DNA from: Alphaproteobacteria bacterium
GTDB lineage: Bacteria > Pseudomonadota > Alphaproteobacteria > Rs-D84
Reading direction: 5' to 3'
Assembly (NCBI GenBank): GCA_046882065.1
Contig: JBKSMY010000006.1
Location: 5,800 to 69,799, forward strand
DNA length: 64,000 nucleotides
The notes under the pieces are model-generated. The model was given only the letters and a program-made list of their open reading frames with translations. It was not told where the DNA came from and searched no databases. Made by a program: the position numbers and the translations under genes. Shown here piece by piece: positions 57,709 through 64,000 of the stretch (positions are counted from its first letter, which is position 1; each line of letters begins with the position of its first letter).

Positions 57709-58770
57709 TTCTTCGGCTTTAATCGTGGCACGAACATCAGATAATGCACGGGCGCGTTCCTCAATCAATCCATTCAGATTGGCAGTCGTTAAATCGGCCG
57801 CATACTTGATAGAATTCGCAAATGCCAACGCATCGCTGTTACCATGGGTTTTTACCGCAAACCCACGCAACCCCAAGAATGTTGCCCCTGCATATGAACG
57901 CGGGTCAATTTTGTTCTTTAAACGTTTGAAAACATGCACCAAGAAGAAGGCACCTATCATCGCAAAAACAGATTTCTTGAAGTTTTCGACGATAACGCGC
58001 TTAATCAATTTTGCTGTTCCTTCGACCGTCTTCAATACGATATTTCCGGTAAACCCATCAGTCACAACAACCTGGACACGACCTGTGCTGATGTCATTAC
58101 CTTCGACAAAGCCAATGTATTCGTATGGCAATTTATCTTTGTATTCGGTCAAAACTTTGTTCAAATGAATCAAGGTTTCGTTACCCTTGGTTTCTTCGGA
58201 TCCAATATTCAAAATACCCAATTTTGGTTTTGGCATTTTGCCGACAACCTCGGCATAGACGCTGCCCAGGATGGCAAAGTCAAATAAAATCGCCTCGTCA
58301 CAATGGACATTAGCCCCCAGGTCCAAAACAACCACACGGCTGTCCCCAGTACCAGATGGCAACATCGTTGTAATCGCAGGACGCGCAATACCATCAATCG
58401 TCTTTAATGCCAATTTCGATAACGACATCAAAATCCCAGTATTGCCCGCGCTGATGACCGCAGCAGATTTACCTTCGCGCACATCCTTAATCGCCATGTA
58501 CATGGATGTGTCCTGGGCATGACGCAGAACATCCATAACCTTGTCCGTGCCCCTAATCACATTGGGGGCGTGAATCAATTCACAATTGCGCGCAACGCGT
58601 GGATATTTACCCAACAGTTTACGCAATTTCTTTTCATCGCCAAAAACACGGAAAAATACATGATTTTCACCATGTTGATACAGGTACTGATTCATACCAC
58701 CCAGAACCGCATTTGGTCCTTTGTCACCACCCATGGCATCAATTGAGATTATTTTTTTATCTTCTGACAT
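57706..58770 (-). CDS. plsX: phosphate acyltransferase PlsX
   Basis: ISIDAMGGDKGPNAVLGG N-terminus; ~350 aa; rpmF immediately upstream. Confidence 0.85.
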   Translation of the reverse strand: MSEDKKIISIDAMGGDKGPNAVLGGMNQYLYQHGENHVFFRVFGDEKKLRKLLGKYPRVARNCELIHAPNVIRGTDKVMDVLRHAQDTSMYMAIKDVREGKSAAVISAGNTGILMSLSKLALKTIDGIARPAITTMLPSGTGDSRVVVLDLGANVHCDEAILFDFAILGSVYAEVVGKMPKPKLGILNIGSEETKGNETLIHLNKVLTEYKDKLPYEYIGFVEGNDISTGRVQVVVTDGFTGNIVLKTVEGTAKLIKRVIVENFKKSVFAMIGAFFLVHVFKRLKNKIDPRSYAGATFLGLRGFAVKTHGNSDALAFANSIKYAADLTTANLNGLIEERARALSDVRATIKAEE

Positions 58771-58842
58771 AGTCTATAAAAAAGCAGAAAAGGCACAACA
58801 TTGCGCCCTGCCCTTTCTGCCATTATCCATTTGTTGGTTAAA

Positions 58843-58992
58843 TTATTTTGCACCACATGCAGGACAAACGTGATGTGGACGTTTCTTTTCGCCACATGTT
58901 TTGCATACACCGCATGGCATTACAGACAATGCATCGTGTGAACGGCGCTGTGCACTGCGTGCTTTACTTGTTTTACTTTTTGGCGTTGCCAT
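58843..58992 (-). CDS. rpmF: 50S ribosomal protein L32
   Basis: Reverse-strand translation MATPKSKTSKARSAQRRSHDALSVMPCGVCKTCGEKKRPHHVCPACGAK; missed by the ORF track (<60 aa). Confidence 0.8.
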   Translation of the reverse strand: MATPKSKTSKARSAQRRSHDALSVMPCGVCKTCGEKKRPHHVCPACGAK

Positions 58993-59101
58993 TTTACTAT
59001 CCTTTTTATTTATAACTGTCCTATTTTATTCAAATCATTACGATTTGCAAGGAAAACTTTACGTTGCCCGGGGAAATGTCCCCGAACAACGATTTTTTTC
59101 A

Positions 59102-62100
59102 TTAGATGTCCAACAACTGTTGCTGACCATTGCCTTCGCGCGCCAGTTTTTCTGCACGCTGTTCTTCTTTGGCAATTTCGCGTACGCGACGGACATATGC
59201 ACCAGTTCCAATTGGAATCAGACGACCAACAATCAAGTTTTCGTTGATACCAACCAATTTATCAGTCGAACCAGAGATAGCCGCATCCACCAGAACCTTG
59301 GTCGTCTGTTGGAACGACGCGTTCGAAATAAATGAACGTGATGTCAATGACGCACGGGTCAAACCAACCAAGACCTGAGAGGCTTCGGCCAGACGACCAT
59401 TGTCGCGTGCAACACGCGCGTTTTCTTCTTCGAAATCAACACGGTCAACAACCTGGCCCATCAGGAAGCCTGTGTCACCTGGATTTGTGATTTCAACACG
59501 ACGTGTCATTTCACGAATCAAAATTTCAATGTGCTTGTCATTGATCGACACACCCTGCAAGCGATAAACCTGCTGAATCTGGTCAACCATAAATGTTGCC
59601 AGGGCTTTCTGACCCAAGATACGCAGAATGTCCTGAGGCACCGGATCACCATCGACCAGTTTTTCCGCTTTTTTCACGGTGTCGCCCGTGCGTACCAACA
59701 GGTTTGTACCCTTTGGCACCGCATATTCGACAGGTGCGCTGCCGTCTGTTGGTTCGATGCGGATGATGATTTTTGATTTTGCATCTTCCAATTCAACTGT
59801 ACCGTCGATTTCAGCCAACAACGCTGGGTTTGTTGGACGACGAACTTCCAGCAATTCGTTAACGCGTGGCAGACCGCCCGTAATGTCACCTGTACGTTTT
59901 GCCTGAACAGGGATACGCGCGATAATGTCGCCCGCGCGAACTGTATCGCCGTTCGCAACGTTCAGAGTTGAGTATACTGGCAACAGGTATTCCGCAATCT
60001 TTTTGCCACCCAGAGAGATTACTTCGCCCTTAGCGTCAACCAATGTGATTGCAGGTTTTAATGCCTTTTTCGTGTTTGTCTTCCAGTTAATAACCTTGCG
60101 AGAAACGATACCAGTCATGGAATCGACTTCTTCCTGGAAGGATACGTTTTCAACCAAATCACAGAAGTTTACTGTACCATCTGTTTCAGCGATGATTGTG
60201 TTGGAATATGGATCCCATTCTGCAACCTTGGCACCCTTTTCAACTGCGTCACCGTCGTTCACAATCAACATAGCCGCATATGGCAGGGACTGGCTGAACA
60301 ATTCTTTGCCATTGTCATCCACAACCGCAAGTTTACCATTGCGCGACAGAACAACAACACGACCTGCGCTGTTCTTAATTGTGTTAACGTCAATCAGTTT
60401 AATGCGACCCGCAACAGGAACTTCGATAAAGTGGCTGTCTGCACCACCGGCCGCAATACCACCAATGTGGAAGGTACGCAACGTCAACTGGGTACCTGGT
60501 TCACCAATGGACTGACCCGCGATAACACCAACCGCTTCGCCAACGTGTACCAGCGCATTACGCGACAAGTCCATACCATAACATTTCGCACACAGACCGT
60601 CGCTGCAACATGTCAGAACGCTGCGAACGCGTACAGATGGCAAGCCAGATTCGTTAATCTTTTTCGCTGCTGCCTTGGTAATCAGTTCGCCCTGAGGCAC
60701 GATGATTTCATTGTTGTTAGATGGGTCTTTGATGTCTTCGGCCGCTGTGCGTCCCAAAACAACGTCGCCCAATGGAACAGACAATGTTGAACCAGTATAA
60801 ACAGGTTTGGCTTCAATCGATTCCGTTGTGCCACAGTCGTGTTCTGTGATAACTGTATTCTGGGCCAATTCAACCAAACGACGTGTCAAATAACCTGCGT
60901 CAGCCGTTTTCAAAGCCGTGTCCGACATACCCTTACGCGCACCGTGGGTGGATGTAAAGTATTCAGACATGGTCAGACCTTCTTTAAAGTTCGAAATAAT
61001 TGGAACTTCGATAATCGAACCGTCTGGTTTCTGCATCATACCACGCATACCTGCCAACTGCTGAATCTGACGTTTGGAACCACGGGCACCAGACAACGCC
61101 ATCATGTATACAGAATTCCAATTGTCACCAGTTGACTTACCCAATGCTGCGTACGCCATGTCACCCAGTTTATCGGTTGTTTTCTGCCACAAGTCAATCA
61201 GTTTATTGTGACGTTCACCACCAGACAACAAACCGTTCTGGTATTGATCTTCGATTTCTTCGGCTGCCTTTTCAGACTGGGCAATGATGTCTTTCTTTTC
61301 ATCTGGAATAACGATGTCGTCATAACCAATGGAAATACCACTGCGTGCCGCCTGTTCAAAGCCTGTGTTCTTTAATGCGTCGGCCAACAGAATCGTTTCT
61401 TTGTCACCGCAACGTTCATATGTTGTTGCCAACAAAGCCTTGATTTCTTTTACCGGCATAACTTTGTTCACCAGGTCAAATGGCATATTGTCGCACTTTG
61501 GCAACAATTCACCCAAAATCATACGACCCGCTGTTGTTTTGTATGTTTTGCCGTTGATACGCGCAACGATTGGTGTGTGCAATGTAATTGTCTTGTTTTC
61601 CAACGCCAATTTCACTTCGTCCATGTTCGCAAAACGTGGTGATTTTTCGGTGTGTTCGCCGTTAATCAGCGAAATGTAGTACACACCCAAAACCATGTCT
61701 TGGGATGGAACAATCATTGGTTCACCATTCGCAGGTGACAGAACGTTGTTTGATGACAGCATCAATGTGCGTGCTTCTAATTGTGCCTCTAATGAAATTG
61801 GAACGTGAACAGACATCTGGTCACCGTCAAAGTCAGCGTTAAAGCCCTTACATACCAATGGATGCAGACGGATTGCCTTGCCTTCAATCAATACTGGTTC
61901 AAATGCCAACAACGACAAACGGTGCAAGGTTGGTGCACGGTTCAACAATACTGGATGTTCGTGGATAACCTTTTCCAGGATTTCCCATACGATATCTTCG
62001 CCGTTTTCAACCATTTTGCGTGCAGTCTTTAATGTGTTTGCATAATCACCCGCCAACAGACGCGCATAAACGAATGGTTTGAACAATTCCAATGCCATCG

Positions 62101-63214
62101 TTTTTGGCAAACCGACCTGGTGCAATTTCAGGCTTGGACCAGATACGATAACCGAACGGCCGGAATAGTCTACACGTTTACCCAACATGTTCATACGGAA
62201 ACGACCTGATTTACCGCGCAGAGAATCAGACAATGATTTCAGTGGACGACGGTTCTGGGACACCATTGGACGTGCCTTGTGCCCGTTGTCGAACAGGGAA
62301 TCAACCGCTTCTTGCAACATGCGTTTTTCATTGCGGATAATGATATCCGGTGCGTGCATTTCCATAAAGCGTTTCAAACGATTGTTACGGATGATAACGC
62401 GACGATACAAATCGTTCAGGTCAGATGCCGCGACATGACCCGCATCCAATGTAACCAATGGACGCATATCTGGTGGGATAACCGGAATAATGTCAGGCAT
62501 CATCCATGCTGGTTCTGTTTTAGAATCCAAAAATGCTTCGACCAGTTTCAACTGTTTAATCAGGGCCTTGCGTTTGGCTTCGGATTTTGTATCCGCCAAT
62601 TCTGCGCGCAGACGTGTGCGTTCATCGCCCATGTCCAAGCCCGCGATAATTTCACGCACGCCTTCGGCACCAATACCAACGCGGAATGCGTCTGCGCCGA
62701 ATTCTTCAACGGCAGCCTGGTATTCATCTTCGCTGATGACGTCGTATTGTTTCAGATTTGTTAAACCTGGTTCAATAACAATGTATGCATCGTATGAAAT
62801 AACCTGTTCCAGTTTCTTTTGTGGCAGGTTGTTCAACAATGTCGCAATTTTACCTTCGCGCAGGAACCATGTATGCGCAACAGGAATTGCCAATTTGATG
62901 TGCCCCATGCGTTCGCGACGAACAGATGCAGATCCAACTTCGACCCCACAACGTTCGCAGACAACACCACGGTATTTGATGCGCTTGTACTTGCCACATG
63001 CACATTCATAATCTTTGACTGGACCGAAAATCTGCTGGCAGAATAAACCTTCTGCTTCTGGTTTCATGGAATGATAGTTAATTGTTTCTGGTTTTTTAAC
63101 TTCGCCATGGGACCAGGACAGAATTTCTTCGGGAGATGCAATTGTAATGCGCAGGGCATCAAACTGTTCCTTGGTTTCAATTTGTCCAAATATCTTTTGC
63201 AACATATTGCTCAT
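59102..63214 (-). CDS. rpoC: DNA-directed RNA polymerase subunit beta'
   Basis: 1370 aa; Zn finger CACGKYKRIKYRGVVCERCGVEV; NADFDGDQM catalytic motif; C-terminal conserved regions. Confidence 0.95.
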   Translation of the reverse strand: MSNMLQKIFGQIETKEQFDALRITIASPEEILSWSHGEVKKPETINYHSMKPEAEGLFCQQIFGPVKDYECACGKYKRIKYRGVVCERCGVEVGSASVRRERMGHIKLAIPVAHTWFLREGKIATLLNNLPQKKLEQVISYDAYIVIEPGLTNLKQYDVISEDEYQAAVEEFGADAFRVGIGAEGVREIIAGLDMGDERTRLRAELADTKSEAKRKALIKQLKLVEAFLDSKTEPAWMMPDIIPVIPPDMRPLVTLDAGHVAASDLNDLYRRVIIRNNRLKRFMEMHAPDIIIRNEKRMLQEAVDSLFDNGHKARPMVSQNRRPLKSLSDSLRGKSGRFRMNMLGKRVDYSGRSVIVSGPSLKLHQVGLPKTMALELFKPFVYARLLAGDYANTLKTARKMVENGEDIVWEILEKVIHEHPVLLNRAPTLHRLSLLAFEPVLIEGKAIRLHPLVCKGFNADFDGDQMSVHVPISLEAQLEARTLMLSSNNVLSPANGEPMIVPSQDMVLGVYYISLINGEHTEKSPRFANMDEVKLALENKTITLHTPIVARINGKTYKTTAGRMILGELLPKCDNMPFDLVNKVMPVKEIKALLATTYERCGDKETILLADALKNTGFEQAARSGISIGYDDIVIPDEKKDIIAQSEKAAEEIEDQYQNGLLSGGERHNKLIDLWQKTTDKLGDMAYAALGKSTGDNWNSVYMMALSGARGSKRQIQQLAGMRGMMQKPDGSIIEVPIISNFKEGLTMSEYFTSTHGARKGMSDTALKTADAGYLTRRLVELAQNTVITEHDCGTTESIEAKPVYTGSTLSVPLGDVVLGRTAAEDIKDPSNNNEIIVPQGELITKAAAKKINESGLPSVRVRSVLTCCSDGLCAKCYGMDLSRNALVHVGEAVGVIAGQSIGEPGTQLTLRTFHIGGIAAGGADSHFIEVPVAGRIKLIDVNTIKNSAGRVVVLSRNGKLAVVDDNGKELFSQSLPYAAMLIVNDGDAVEKGAKVAEWDPYSNTIIAETDGTVNFCDLVENVSFQEEVDSMTGIVSRKVINWKTNTKKALKPAITLVDAKGEVISLGGKKIAEYLLPVYSTLNVANGDTVRAGDIIARIPVQAKRTGDITGGLPRVNELLEVRRPTNPALLAEIDGTVELEDAKSKIIIRIEPTDGSAPVEYAVPKGTNLLVRTGDTVKKAEKLVDGDPVPQDILRILGQKALATFMVDQIQQVYRLQGVSINDKHIEILIREMTRRVEITNPGDTGFLMGQVVDRVDFEEENARVARDNGRLAEASQVLVGLTRASLTSRSFISNASFQQTTKVLVDAAISGSTDKLVGINENLIVGRLIPIGTGAYVRRVREIAKEEQRAEKLAREGNGQQQLLDI

Positions 63215-63242
63215 TATATTTTGCTCCTTGATAAAATAGTTC

Positions 63243-64000
<758 letters not shown>

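Overview
This 64-kb window is AT-rich bacterial chromosome with a broadly alphaproteobacterial gene layout. The anchors are the lptE-holA-map-radC block, ihfA, rplI-rpsR-rpsF, parC, lysS, mraZ, plsX-rpmF and rpoC-rpoB. Conserved housekeeping blocks occupy 34.4-37.3 kb and 47.4-64 kb. The rest is accessory. tRNA-Leu(TAG) at 6778-6862 and rpmG are followed by a glycan synthesis/modification cluster at 7.2-12 kb, which includes two unusual fusion enzymes. At 12-26 kb sits a compact podovirus-like structural and lysis module on the minus strand. It has a tail-fiber N-domain, a putative portal, terminase large subunit, T7 gp12-like and gp11-like tail tube proteins, a T7-like capsid, a scaffold-like protein and a holin plus SleB-like lysin. 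No integrase or replication module is visible. The terminase large-subunit gene of this module is split. Its ATPase half is at 19158-19793 and its nuclease half at 14975-15859, and they are collinear. They are separated by a ~3.3-kb plus-strand insertion carrying a DnaB-family helicase, a dual-HTH/LexA-like repressor and an unknown gene. This split gene is the most striking feature of the window. Further accessory items are listed here. A Lys/Ala/Pro tandem-repeat histone-H1-like protein lies inside the head module. A dual-specificity phosphatase and a KTSC protein sit among the tail genes. A candidate CU-rich small RNA has its own promoter and terminator. A Cys-rich protein is co-oriented with MotA/TolQ-like and MotB/OmpA-like proteins. 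Two Cys-rich secreted proteins and an acidic V/P/E repeat protein are present. A PLD, radical-SAM and SAM-binding-protein cluster lies next to tRNA-Arg(CCT), which is flanked by degenerate tRNA 3'-end copies. There is also a RelA/SpoT-like protein and an orphan mraZ with a four-copy ACCATAAA direct-repeat operator. All calls were made by eye from motifs and gene context. No database search was run.
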